DNA from: Andalucia godoyi And28
Lineage: Eukaryota > Protista > Jakobida
Reading direction: 5' to 3'
Length of the DNA: 64,000 nucleotides
Assembly (NCBI GenBank): GCA_009859145.1
Contig: VRVR01000029.1
Span: 1 to 64,000 of the forward strand
Part shown: positions 20,286-30,783 of the stretch, piece after piece
How positions within the stretch are numbered: position 1 is the first letter of the stretch
Layout: each line of letters begins with the position of its first letter
Translations under genes and position numbers: made by a program
The notes under the pieces: generated by a model
The model's database searches: none
What the model was told of the DNA's origin: nothing
What the model saw: only the letters and a program-made list of their open reading frames with translations

Positions 20286-21215
20286 TCAATGTCGCCCGGC
20301 TTCTCGGAGAATCTCCATCGCACCCTGCGATTTCAACTGCTCACCAAGCCTCCGGCCGACTTCTTTCGGGTCGGATCCCTGTGCAGCTCCTTCGACGACT
20401 TTTGATCCGTCCGCTGCAACAACTCTTCCCACCAGTTCCACGACCCCCGTCTTCTCATCAAAGGCTGAACGCACACCAATTGGCACGCGGCAGCCACCTT
20501 CCAGAGTGCGCAGCAAAGAACGCTCGGCCATCACGCGGTTCCACGTAGAACTGCAATTGATGGTTTCGAAAAGACTTCGGAGTGGAGCATTATCCGATCT
20601 TGTCTGGACGGCAATCGCACCCTGGCCCACCGCGTGCATCATTTCCTCCGACGGAATCAAGCATTTGATTCGGGACTCAAGATTGAGACGCTTCAATCCA
20701 GCAGCAGCAAGAATCAGCACATCGAACTGGCCTTCATCCAGCTTCCGAAGCCGGGTCTGGACGTTTCCACGGACTTCACAGACTTGGAGATCTGGACGCA
20801 GTGCAAGCATCTGGGCTTTTCTACGCAGCGAAGACGTTCCAATTCTTGAATTTTGTGGAATGTCCTTGATGCTGGAGAGCGGAATCGGCAGGTTGGATAT
20901 CATCGCGTCCGAAGGATCGGCTCGGGGGAGAACACAAGCAAGAGACAGACTGTCGGGCTCGACAGTCGGCACGTCCTTCAGCGAGTGAACCGCACAATCG
21001 CACCTGGAGTCAAGAAGAGCATGCTCAAGCTCCTTTGTAAATGCTCCTTGTCCACCAATCTGAGAAAGCGGCACTTCCGACAACTTCGTGTCCGCCGCTG
21101 TCGTGATCTCAATGGTGCGTGTCGACGCTCCACATTCGCGACTCAAGATCGACGCAACCTGGTTCGTCTGCGCAAGAGCGAGAAGCGAGTTGCGGGTTCC
21201 AAGACGGATCTCCAT
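20286..21215 (-). CDS. HMBS: Porphobilinogen deaminase (hydroxymethylbilane synthase)
   Basis: IRLGTRNSLLALAQT, GAFTKELE, AVHSLKDVPT, IGTSSLRRKAQ, RGNVQTRLRKL, AVGQGAIAV, LEGGCRVPIG. No N-terminal extension. Confidence 0.97.
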   Translation of the reverse strand: MEIRLGTRNSLLALAQTNQVASILSRECGASTRTIEITTAADTKLSEVPLSQIGGQGAFTKELEHALLDSRCDCAVHSLKDVPTVEPDSLSLACVLPRADPSDAMISNLPIPLSSIKDIPQNSRIGTSSLRRKAQMLALRPDLQVCEVRGNVQTRLRKLDEGQFDVLILAAAGLKRLNLESRIKCLIPSEEMMHAVGQGAIAVQTRSDNAPLRSLFETINCSSTWNRVMAERSLLRTLEGGCRVPIGVRSAFDEKTGVVELVGRVVAADGSKVVEGAAQGSDPKEVGRRLGEQLKSQGAMEILREAGRH

Positions 21216-21539
21216 GACTCCAAGAGAGTGCGTGTAAGTGAGTCTGAGTTCTGAGTGAGTGGAAAAAGAAGAGAGGAAGAACAAGCCATCGGACTGCGAG
21301 GGCCGCAAACATCAAGAAGTGGACGATGGCAGTTTTCCGTATCGTAGCAGCAGATATTCTTGCCGGATTTTTCGCACTTGTCACTGTCGGGTCATTCCAA
21401 TTGGAAAAACCACCCAATTATGTTTACTGCAAATTCGCGTTCTTCTCAGTGAACTTCGTACGTTTCGTGTTTGAAAATGTTCTTCTGATACTGTTCAGTA
21501 CGTTATTCTGAGCACCGCAAAATGGAGGAAATTTAATTA

Positions 21540-22770
21540 GAAGGCAGGAATACGTGCCGGGTCAACAAGCGATCCTCTACCAGAAGAAACGCGAATTTGG
21601 ACGCGCAGCTCACGAAAGACGTCCTTGCGCATGTCATTAAGTGTGCAGGGTGCAAAGATGTACAATGTCCTGAACGAACCCTGCGCAAAATACGTGGGTA
21701 TCTATTCCGCCGTGGTCATCGATGAGCTAAACGACTGTGCACGAAATGTGTCGGTGGAGCCGCCCGAATCGTCTCGAAAACGTCGTTTCCTTCTTCGAAA
21801 AAACCAAGATTATTGTCCAAATGGTGGTGGCGGGATGGCAATCAACTGCGAGAGAAACCACGTGACGATGATCAATGCGATCTCTGCTGACGGAACAAGC
21901 ATTTCGACCAGTGTAGCTCCCCGTCGTTGGATTTCATGCAGAGGGTGCTCTTGAAGAAGGACCCGGGATTTGAAAATCTCTCGAAGCGAGAAAGAAATGG
22001 ATGGACGGACTCCGCTCTTTTTGTGGTGCCCTTGTGCAACCTTTGGACGTCGAGTGTTACAAGACTGTCAAAAAAATGCATTTCGGTATGAGAAACAGAG
22101 AATGGGGAGCATGGGGTTGAGATCGGGAAACATGTGCTGCTGCAGGACAGCAGATGCAACCACGTTCGCCCAGCATCGCATCTGAACGTCCCGATGGTGA
22201 TCATGCGGGATATTGATGACGATGATCATGACCACGATGATGACGATGCAGAAGGCCGCAAAGGAGCCGCAGCAGTGGGACAGAAACAGAGGCAGCAGGT
22301 ACGGTTGGAATACAGCCCCACGGGAATGGAAGAGAGATCTTCCCGAAAAACTCAAAACCGGCCATGCTCGAAGACGCGAAGAACCAAGAAACCCGTTGGT
22401 CCCCTCTCGTCGCAACTTGCTGAGCAAGCTGATGATCAAATCACGAAGATGTGATCGATTTGCGTTCGGAATGTGCTTTCCAGTCAGAGAACAAGAAGGA
22501 ACAAAGGCCAAAGCGTCGTCAGGCGCGGCGTCGTTCGCCGACTACATTCCGTTTCCTCTAACGTTTATTTTATGATTGTTGAATCGATTCAGGAGTTTGC
22601 TAGTTGCGATGACCCTTTGACTGCATTGAAGAGCTGGTGCCCGCCCCAATTAACGTAAAACGTGTGGCTTGGATCTGTCCTAGATGACAGCGTAGCCGAT
22701 GACCAATAATGGTTCATGTTTTGGCGAGCGGTTGCGAACGTTGCGGGTCATGCCGGTTGCGAAGGTGCCT
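21540..22770 (+). mobile_element. Degenerate pogo/Fot1-like (DDE_1) transposase relic
   Basis: Across frameshifts: ERNHVTMINAISADG (21850-21894), NGWTDSALF (21996-22022) and QPLDVECYKTVKK (22037-22075), in the order expected for DDE_1 transposases. The 3' part is shared with the repeat at 10831-11171. Confidence 0.7.
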
Positions 22771-23877
22771 GAGCTGCCATACACAGGCCACAGCAGGAAG
22801 TTGTTGCGGTTGCGGGCCACCCGCCAACGGGATAATGCACGAGATTCTGAGAGGACGTCAGGCCACGCAATCTGAGGGCAGCATTCTTGTGTGCTGGGAT
22901 TTCTGCAAGCTTTTGCAGACGTTTCTGAACCATGTTAGTATGTGAAGAGGTGGTCCTTGAAAGCGCAGAATTTGTCGCAACTTGTCTCCTTTATGCTGCT
23001 TGCTGCAATCCGATCTGAGACTCCCAAAACGGCATCTCACGACGAAATCATTAAAATTAAATTGTGTTGCATCCGCTTCCTCTCGCCCATTCTCCGCACA
23101 TGCAACAACGAGAAGCGGTATGCAAGGCGTTTTAATTAATTAATTAATCGAAGACTGAACGATGTATCTTTCACTTTTTTACAAAATGCAGAACGTCTTT
23201 TTCTCTACTCGAGTATCATCCGCTCAAAGAAAAGTTCTCGGGGGATGTTGTAGTGGGTCGTCCTGAAGCATTCAGGCGGAAATGCCTTTTTTTTTTTTTG
23301 GCTGCTGCTTTCCTTGCACACGACACCGTCAAGCAGGACGGCGAGCTTTTCTCGGCCGAATTCTGAGCTCAGGAGGCTGATGCAGCAAGCGTCTCTGCTT
23401 TCGAGATCACAAGTCGCGAGGAAGTACCAGCATCCTGTCACGGACTTCGGAGAGGACGGGTGGGAGAACGTATGAGCAGATCACGAAACCGTTTTCTTTT
23501 CTGGGTTGTCCCAACTTCCGTTTTCTTTTCTTCTTGCTCCCAGTTTTCTGGTTTTCTTTTCCCGTCCTTTGCTTTTTCCTCAGCAAATTATCCAGCAATC
23601 GTCTTTGTGCCGTTTCTCCTTCTTTTTTTTTTTTGACTTTCTGACTTTTTGCAAATTAATTTTTTCCCTCATTCTAGGGCCGGCAGTCGTCGACTTGTCT
23701 TCAACGTCTCGTTACTCACTGCGTCGTCCACAGTCGCCCACGTCGCCTTTTTTTTTTTTTTTGTTTTTTTTGGGTGTACCACGCATCGCTTTATCTCCAT
23801 TGCTTGCTGTCGTTTGTGGAATATCCCCCATTTATTATTCCCCGTCTTATCATTGACCTCGCATTCTTTGCACCAGC

Positions 23878-26526
23878 ATGACTTCTGCACAGCCGGAAGC
23901 TCTCGATCTGGCAGATGACATCAAGATCGAGGATGAAGACCTCTCTGCAACGCACATTCCTCATGAAGATTTCCCAGAAGGGGACTCCAAATTCGTCGAA
24001 GTACCCGAGGAGGAGTCGCACATCAAGAACACACAAGTATCAGAAGACTCGCAGCCGAGAATAACTGGGTTTCCTCGCGCCGACAGTATTTCCAATCGCT
24101 CAGTGCTTTCTGATGTGGGCGACCTGCCGGACGATTCTCCGGCTGCGGTTGTCACAATGGATCGATCCCTGATGCCAGCGCCTCCTGTTCCTCTCGAGCG
24201 CGGCCTGTCGAAATTGTCTTTGGGTCGCGTTTCTTTTGATTCGATTGATTTCGGATCCGAAATCGAGTCTGATGAAGAGGAGGGCACCGCCGGAACATCC
24301 GAGCAGCGAGCGTCAAAACAGGATCTTCTTGGCCAACTCGGCGTCTCTGCAAGTTTCTTGCAAAAAAAGGCAGAGCATCGCCAAGAACAGGAACGCCTTG
24401 AGCGAGAGGAACAGGAGCGACTCCAAAAGGAGGAGCAAGAACGGCTTCAGAGGGAGGAGCAGGAACGCCTTGAGCGAGAGGAACAGGAGCGACTCCAAAA
24501 GGAGGAGCAAGAACGGCTTCAGAGGGAGGAGCAGGAACGGCTTCAGAGAGAAGAGCAAGAACGGCTTCAGAGGGAAGAACAGGAGCGGTTGGATCGTGAA
24601 GAACAAGAGCGGCTCAAATCTGAGCAGCAAAAACGAGAATCTGCAAGCGAGAGCGAGAAGCCGAAGGCGCGGAATGACGCTGGAGGTGCGGGGACAGTAC
24701 AAACACCTAGTCCCAGTTCCGCCTCTCCAGCTCCTGCCAGCCAGTCGGTGCCGACGAGCAGTGGTGCCCCTGCTGGACACGGAGAAAGAACGAATGATCC
24801 CGCGGCCAACGCGAATCACCAAGACGTCTCTGAGCATGATCGATCCAAGTCGGTTCACTTCACCGAGCAGAAAAGGGCAGCTTCGGCTTCTGGAACACCT
24901 CGGCAAAGTAGGGGGTCGTCCACACCTCACAGTGCAGAGAAATCGAACAATCGCCCGAGCACCAGTCCGAAAAAGCAGGCCACGGAACCACAGGCCGCTG
25001 CAGGTACCCCATCTCAGTCCAGAAGCAGATCTCCTACGTCGCCTACAGCATCTTCCAGAAAGGCGCCGCCTGTGAAAAAGGAGAAAAAGGAACCCGAAGC
25101 CCCGGCTCCCGTTTCTACGACTACCGAGGCCGATGCTCCGAAGAAGCCCTCTAGAATGACGCTTATTCGTTCCGCCTTGAAGGTAAGCGAGCAGGGTCCG
25201 GAAAAAGATGGCTCTTGTGATGAACAGAGCATTTTGCAACGATTCGCGTCCGTGATGGCCGATTTTCGCGATCGTCAGGATGCCGAAGAGCCCATTTCGT
25301 CTGTTCGAGCGGGCATTCTCAACTCGCTTCAGCTCCTTGTTCGACAATCCGCGAAATCATTCATGGAGCGGTACGCGTCGTTTTCCGCTACGCTCGCGGC
25401 GAAGAAGAAGCCTCTGAGTCCGGCCGTGTCTGCAGATGGTCAGCAGCCGAGTTGCGCGGCGAGTTGTCCGGACACAAATGGTTCCGACGTGTCAATCACC
25501 CCGAGTCCGTCTTCCTCCGCGACACGAGCTTCTAAAGTTTCCGAGGAGGATATCATACGGAGGTATGAATCTCTACGACGAGAATCCGAAAATTCGCTGA
25601 CTAGACTCGGCGATTTGGAACTGTCCCTGAAATCCGCACTGTCGACGCATTTCCTTTACCTCCGAAGGGCTCATGAAAGAGTGTATGCACACGCTGCTGG
25701 CGAGCTGTCTGTTCGCGGCTACGGTCCCCCGTCGCGAGATGGACGAGAGTACAGCACGCAAACAAGAAAAGAAGCTCTGAAGGAAGAGGCAGATCGTTGC
25801 GTGCGAATTGCCAGCCGGCTTCAAGAGACGGATGCATTGTGCGAAGCTGCTTTGAAGCAGGCCGTTCAAGCCGGTGACGTTCATGACCTTGAGCTGGCAG
25901 ATGTCCAGTTTCTGCTGAACCGGTCTTACTGGGTTGCTTTACACGCGAATAGCGCTGTGCCGAAGTCGTATGGCATGTCGTCCGAGGCTCCCCAACAGGC
26001 TGTCGCCAAGCTGGAATTGTACTCGAACAGACTCAGTCAACTGCGACATCGGATCGAATACATGCGGAGTCTTGAAATGACGTTGAGCGGAATTCACGAG
26101 ATTGAAAAGGAGTTTGAATACGACGAGGTTCCTTACCGACAGCAATCTTCCATGCTAATGCAAACCGCTGCCGAAGCATTCTCTGCGTCCCGCTCGTTTT
26201 CTCCAGCATCAACAGCCCGCCCAGCATCGCGCGCTGCGTCTTCTGCACGCAAGCCTTCTGAAACGGGAGGCGTCACCAGATCGGCAGACTCCAGTGGTTC
26301 TCTTAATGGCAGATCGTCGTCTGCCATGGATGTGTCGGACAAGAACAAATCACAAGGAAAAAACAAACTTCCTGCTGTGTCTTCAGCAGCATCCCCTTCC
26401 GCGTCCGGAAGTCAGTCTCCTGCGCACCAGAAGGAGCCTCCTCCAGATACGAACCCTAGCCTCCGCAGGAGGCAAGTCAAAGCAGATTCCACGCAGAGGG
26501 AATCGTTGGTAGCCCGTAAGAATTAG
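23878..26526 (+). CDS. Low-complexity/coiled-coil protein with EEQERLQR repeats; probably exon 1 of a spliced coiled-coil-WD40 gene
   Basis: 882-aa ORF. GTAAG donor at 26516 lies in phase with the downstream WD40 ORF. Confidence 0.75.
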   Translation: MTSAQPEALDLADDIKIEDEDLSATHIPHEDFPEGDSKFVEVPEEESHIKNTQVSEDSQPRITGFPRADSISNRSVLSDVGDLPDDSPAAVVTMDRSLMPAPPVPLERGLSKLSLGRVSFDSIDFGSEIESDEEEGTAGTSEQRASKQDLLGQLGVSASFLQKKAEHRQEQERLEREEQERLQKEEQERLQREEQERLEREEQERLQKEEQERLQREEQERLQREEQERLQREEQERLDREEQERLKSEQQKRESASESEKPKARNDAGGAGTVQTPSPSSASPAPASQSVPTSSGAPAGHGERTNDPAANANHQDVSEHDRSKSVHFTEQKRAASASGTPRQSRGSSTPHSAEKSNNRPSTSPKKQATEPQAAAGTPSQSRSRSPTSPTASSRKAPPVKKEKKEPEAPAPVSTTTEADAPKKPSRMTLIRSALKVSEQGPEKDGSCDEQSILQRFASVMADFRDRQDAEEPISSVRAGILNSLQLLVRQSAKSFMERYASFSATLAAKKKPLSPAVSADGQQPSCAASCPDTNGSDVSITPSPSSSATRASKVSEEDIIRRYESLRRESENSLTRLGDLELSLKSALSTHFLYLRRAHERVYAHAAGELSVRGYGPPSRDGREYSTQTRKEALKEEADRCVRIASRLQETDALCEAALKQAVQAGDVHDLELADVQFLLNRSYWVALHANSAVPKSYGMSSEAPQQAVAKLELYSNRLSQLRHRIEYMRSLEMTLSGIHEIEKEFEYDEVPYRQQSSMLMQTAAEAFSASRSFSPASTARPASRAASSARKPSETGGVTRSADSSGSLNGRSSSAMDVSDKNKSQGKNKLPAVSSAASPSASGSQSPAHQKEPPPDTNPSLRRRQVKADSTQRESLVARKN
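24385..24620 (+). repeat. Coding tandem repeat, about 10 x 8 aa (EEQERLQR), including an exact 72-nt duplication
   Basis: 24388-24459 is identical to 24460-24531. Confidence 0.9.
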
Positions 26527-26671
26527 TTTTTTCCTTTGTTTCTCTTCTTCTTCTTCTTCTTCTTCTTCTTCTTCTTCTTCTTCTTCTTCTTCTTCTTGTT
26601 CTTCTTCTTCTTCTTGACGTGTACAGCGTGTTTGCTTATAAACCGTTTTTCTTTTCTTTTGCTTGTACTAG
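26516..26671 (+). other. Predicted GT-AG intron containing a (TTC)n microsatellite
   Basis: GTAAG at 26516, pyrimidine tract, TAG at 26669-26671. Splicing yields GCC C|AT ATG, in frame. Confidence 0.65.
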
Positions 26672-26673
26672 AT

Positions 26674-27759
26674 ATGGGAATGGTGAACAAGATCGCTTTT
26701 GCGTCCATGAACCCTCGAAAAGCCGCGTCCTCCGGAACGGATTTCAAGGTTCGGGTCTACTACACCAATGGAGACGGAAAGGATCCGCAACCAATCCGTG
26801 ATTTGTTCTTGGACGGTAGGAAGGAGAGTCAAGTCCGGTATGAAACACCCTCCGCCATTCAGTTCCATCCACTGACTGCAGACGTTCTTGCGGTGCTTTA
26901 TCAGCAAATGGCATCCGCTCGCATTGCTCTCTGGAACGTCACCGCCTCGTATGGCGAGCAGCTATCTTCTCTGCGCAAGCCGTCGCTCGTCATCGATCTC
27001 GATCATCCCGTGAATTGCTTCTCATTTACTTCGGACGGCTCTTGCATTGTGTATGGGTCGTCTCGCAGTTTGTTTGTGTATGATTTGAATGCGCGAGCTC
27101 AACTCAAAATGCTGGAAAGCGTCCATGGTACCCGTTTGTCATGCATTGCTCCCCATCCGCTTGACGGTTCTCTGGTTGCAACCGCTTCGGACGACGGTGA
27201 AGTGAAAGTGCACGACATTGGAACTTGGTCCGTGCAATTCCGCTCTCGAGTGTCTCGAAACTTTACGGGCATTGCTTCCTTGGCGTTTACAAAATCCGGG
27301 GAAGAGATTGTGTGTGCGACAGTGGACGGTGCCGTGGTCGGATTCAGATGTAGCGGAGGCGGAGGAAACACTGCTCGATCTTCTTCAAACTCCACGACAG
27401 GCTCGACGCAGATGGCTTCCGGTCCCCCGATCTTCCGAATGGAATCCTACCCACAAAGATCTCCTTGCACATCCGTGGCAGCCGATTTGTTCAAAATGGA
27501 GCCTCCATGTTCCATCATTGCAGCATACCAAAACGCAACGGTATGTATGTACATGCTAGATGTCACGGAACCAGATCAGGTGCGTTTCACGGACATGCTT
27601 CGCATCGGATCGTTCGGGGGCTCCGTCCGAGATCTCGCCGTCTGCAGTCCGCTGCGAACAGTTTGGACGGGTACGGCGGAGGGAAAGATCCACATCTTCT
27701 CTCTTCGAACGCTGATGCAGAAGTTCCATCCGGACAGCCGGGAACACGGAAGTCCGTAA
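26674..27759 (+). CDS. WD40-repeat domain, probably exon 2 of the upstream gene
   Basis: VNCFSFTSDG, LSCIAPHPLDGSLVATASDDGEVKVHD, VWTGTAEGKIHIF. Confidence 0.8.
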   Translation: MGMVNKIAFASMNPRKAASSGTDFKVRVYYTNGDGKDPQPIRDLFLDGRKESQVRYETPSAIQFHPLTADVLAVLYQQMASARIALWNVTASYGEQLSSLRKPSLVIDLDHPVNCFSFTSDGSCIVYGSSRSLFVYDLNARAQLKMLESVHGTRLSCIAPHPLDGSLVATASDDGEVKVHDIGTWSVQFRSRVSRNFTGIASLAFTKSGEEIVCATVDGAVVGFRCSGGGGNTARSSSNSTTGSTQMASGPPIFRMESYPQRSPCTSVAADLFKMEPPCSIIAAYQNATVCMYMLDVTEPDQVRFTDMLRIGSFGGSVRDLAVCSPLRTVWTGTAEGKIHIFSLRTLMQKFHPDSREHGSP

Positions 27760-27780
27760 AGCGCGATGTGCCGCTCGGTG

Positions 27781-30291
27781 CTATCTCGGTGGTACTCGTT
27801 TCATGCTTCCGATTGTAGATTTTCGGCGCAGTGCTGTGATCGGTGGCACCGGGGTTCTGTCGTCTTCGAAGGGCATTTGCTCGATTGCCTCTTCGACCTC
27901 CTCTGCGTCGGACTCCACAGTCTCTACTTCAAATGGCGTCAAGAGTTCCTTGTCCGGTGCTTGTGCACTTCCTTTTTGGTTTGACGAAAATGACAAAGAC
28001 TGTGCCAAACTCGCGCCTTCTTTTGATTGCACAATTGTCCTTCGTGATCCGGTTGCGTTCGCGAAAAATCTTTTGGCAGATGACAGCGTGTTGACAGTGC
28101 TTTTGAAGGAGCTGCGCTGCAAATCAATGGCACTATCAGAGGAATCCATGGTCTGGAACGGCATTGGTCGCAAGGCTTTCAGCACGTCGGGGGACTGCGA
28201 CCCTCCCTTTTGCCCCTGCTCCATCAAAACAATGCCTTCGTCGTCGTGTTCGCACTGTCTGAGGATCTTCCACGCAACGGCATGCAGACCCTCTAGCTTC
28301 TTCGATCCATTGGCAACTGCATATTCCAGAGACCTCCGCAATTCCCGTGCGGCGTCTCGAACGAGCAGTGAGACGCGAATTAGAACTTTTTGCGATGGAG
28401 CAAACAGCTCTGCAACCTGGTCTTCCGAGAACTGTCGGTCGAGCCGTTTGGTGTTGCTGCTGTTGTCATCCTGCTCGACTACTTGTTCGGACAGCCATTT
28501 CCAGAACAGCGCCTCGCCAGTCAGTTGGGTTTCCTGTCCTCCTGGAAATGTTTCTGACTTCCCATTCACGGAACCGCGAGAAAGAAGAGAGCTGCTGCTG
28601 TCACTTCCTGCCCCGCCCGCACTCAATCCCCCGCGCCCAAGCTGCCTTGACAGTGCATGACTCTTCTGTTCGGACAACTCAATCTTCTTCTCAAGAACTT
28701 CAATCATCCCTCTCGCGGCTTGGACCTCCCTGTTCGCATCCATTCTCATCTTTTCAGTTTCCTCGTATCGCGTTTTCCAATCCTGGACCTGGGCCAGGAG
28801 TTCACTGCACTTTATGGAGAGCTCTTCCTGCTTTTGCGATTCCGACTTGGCCTCCAACTCCCCCCGGTGTGTTGGCGGCGGGTGGCTCAGATCAACTCCG
28901 CCTAAGAATGCACTCCATTGCCGAGCCCGGAGTTCGAGGGCGTCTATCTTGTCTTGGTATTCCTTTCGCTGCTGCTGGAACTGGTGCAGCAGCTCGGTGT
29001 ACGAGTTTCGAGCTGCATCCAGGTCCTTCTCCAGCTTTTGGACAGAGACTTTGGCCTTCATGGATTCCACAAATCCCGAGCTTTGCTGGTCAGTCTTCCC
29101 TCGGCTCAGTTCATCTCGTAACTTTTGAATCTCCTGTGCTTGCATGCGAACCGTTGCGCGAAGATCCTTATCCGCCTCGAGTCTCGGCCCTTGGCCCAGC
29201 GTCGCCGGCGTCATGTTGCGATTCTGATGCAGATCTGATGCCCCAGGAGAGAAGGAGTGGATGGAGCCCGACCTGACTCTCCCTTCTACTAGGAAATACA
29301 AGTCATCCTGGTCCTTGCTGAATACCTCTCCGCGTTCGTTCATCCTCCACATCATTTCGTGCAGCGCCCCGAGTTCTTTCAGGTAATCTCTTCTTTGCCG
29401 CGCAATCTCTTCCTCTTTTGTACCAAGCAGCATTTCCAAATGACGACTCTCAATGTTCTTCGATTGGATATCGGATTCAAGTCGCAGAATCTGATTTTTC
29501 AATCCTTCAATCTGGTACTGTGCTTCGATCATTGCAATGGAAGATTCTTCTTTGAACGCCTCCTGATTGTTATGCTGCATATTTCTTAAGTAAATCTCTT
29601 CAAACGTGTGTCTGAACAGGGACGAAATCTCCTCCTCGAGAACGGTAACCTTTTGTGTCGCAAGATTCAAGCTTGTGTTCAGGTTCTTTGCCGTGAGGAT
29701 CCCAGACGGAAAATGAAAGAACGACATCCGATCTCGTATAAGCTCTGCCGATGTCTTCTTAGAAGCCTCATTTTCATCTTCCGTGGTCGCCAGATGCAGC
29801 ATGTCCAGAAATCGTACTTTCAGCGCAAACAAGTGCGCTTCCATGGCAGACAGCCAGTACTTGTCATTGGATGTCAGGTCCCGCAGCGCTGCCACCCACT
29901 TTGCGGTGATGCCTTTCGCACCGCTCCCGGTGCTCCCGGGACTTAAACCAGACTGCTGTGGGAACGGCGTCAGTGATGATGGCGATGATGGTGGGCCATG
30001 AAATGGATCTTCTGGAAGGAAGCTTGGGGATGGCGAGCGCGTGGCAGCAGGATTTCCATTCTGTTCTTGCAAGAATGTTGGTGGTGTAACAGCGGGATCA
30101 GCTGCGAGCTGCGACGTGAGCTGCTCATCCGACGACGCTGACGCTGGTGAAGAAGACGACACAACAGGAGAACCTGGGCTCTTCGTCAGAGACGGGGTAG
30201 GTGATATGGCAACATCAGACGGGGATGGGCGACGACGTGTAGCGGGAGAAGACTGGTTTGATGATCGAGATGGTATTCGCACACTGATCAT
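27781..30291 (-). CDS. Unknown coiled-coil protein with S/P-rich N-terminus
   Basis: 836-aa ORF with heptad-rich central segments. No family recognised. Confidence 0.75.
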   Translation of the reverse strand: MISVRIPSRSSNQSSPATRRRPSPSDVAISPTPSLTKSPGSPVVSSSSPASASSDEQLTSQLAADPAVTPPTFLQEQNGNPAATRSPSPSFLPEDPFHGPPSSPSSLTPFPQQSGLSPGSTGSGAKGITAKWVAALRDLTSNDKYWLSAMEAHLFALKVRFLDMLHLATTEDENEASKKTSAELIRDRMSFFHFPSGILTAKNLNTSLNLATQKVTVLEEEISSLFRHTFEEIYLRNMQHNNQEAFKEESSIAMIEAQYQIEGLKNQILRLESDIQSKNIESRHLEMLLGTKEEEIARQRRDYLKELGALHEMMWRMNERGEVFSKDQDDLYFLVEGRVRSGSIHSFSPGASDLHQNRNMTPATLGQGPRLEADKDLRATVRMQAQEIQKLRDELSRGKTDQQSSGFVESMKAKVSVQKLEKDLDAARNSYTELLHQFQQQRKEYQDKIDALELRARQWSAFLGGVDLSHPPPTHRGELEAKSESQKQEELSIKCSELLAQVQDWKTRYEETEKMRMDANREVQAARGMIEVLEKKIELSEQKSHALSRQLGRGGLSAGGAGSDSSSSLLSRGSVNGKSETFPGGQETQLTGEALFWKWLSEQVVEQDDNSSNTKRLDRQFSEDQVAELFAPSQKVLIRVSLLVRDAARELRRSLEYAVANGSKKLEGLHAVAWKILRQCEHDDEGIVLMEQGQKGGSQSPDVLKALRPMPFQTMDSSDSAIDLQRSSFKSTVNTLSSAKRFFANATGSRRTIVQSKEGASLAQSLSFSSNQKGSAQAPDKELLTPFEVETVESDAEEVEEAIEQMPFEDDRTPVPPITALRRKSTIGSMKRVPPR

Positions 30292-30783
30292 CTTGCGTAG
30301 CCGCTTCTTCCTTTTCCTTTTCCTTTTCCTTTTCCTCTTCCTCCTCTTTTTCTTTTTCTTCCTTTTCTTTTCTCCGAACCGCTATGTCCTGATGAAAGAC
30401 TTCTGCTGTTTAACGCTGCTTATGACTTTTTGTGCACCACAATCACTGATTCTTTAAACGATTGCACGAGAGCTGAGTAAGCCCCTGCTGTACAACCCAA
30501 GAGAAAACGTTCTGGCATCAACTTGTCATGCACTTGATGCCATAGCAGCCAAAAAATATATAGAACAAGTAAATAGGAATATTTGAAACAAGAATTAATA
30601 ATGTCGAATTTTCAAAAGGGCGAAACTTTTCCGTCTTTCATGTTTGATTCCTTCCTGCCTTGTTAGCTTCGTCTTGCTTCTTTTTGAAACGCTGCAGGGG
30701 AAAAAGCATATCTTGTAGGGACGAAAGCAGAAAGGGAAGAAAGAGGGGGGAAGAAAGAGGGGGGAAGAAAGAAAGAAAGAAAA

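Noticed and set aside
21493-23159. 7-bp inverted repeat (GTTCAGT/ACTGAAC) flanking the transposase relic
   Set aside because: Too short to distinguish from chance, with no TA duplication.
27803-29276. Long antisense ORFs inside real genes (for example 27803-28660, 28347-29276, 24313-25347)
   Set aside because: Shadow frames of GC-balanced or repetitive coding sequence, with no motifs.
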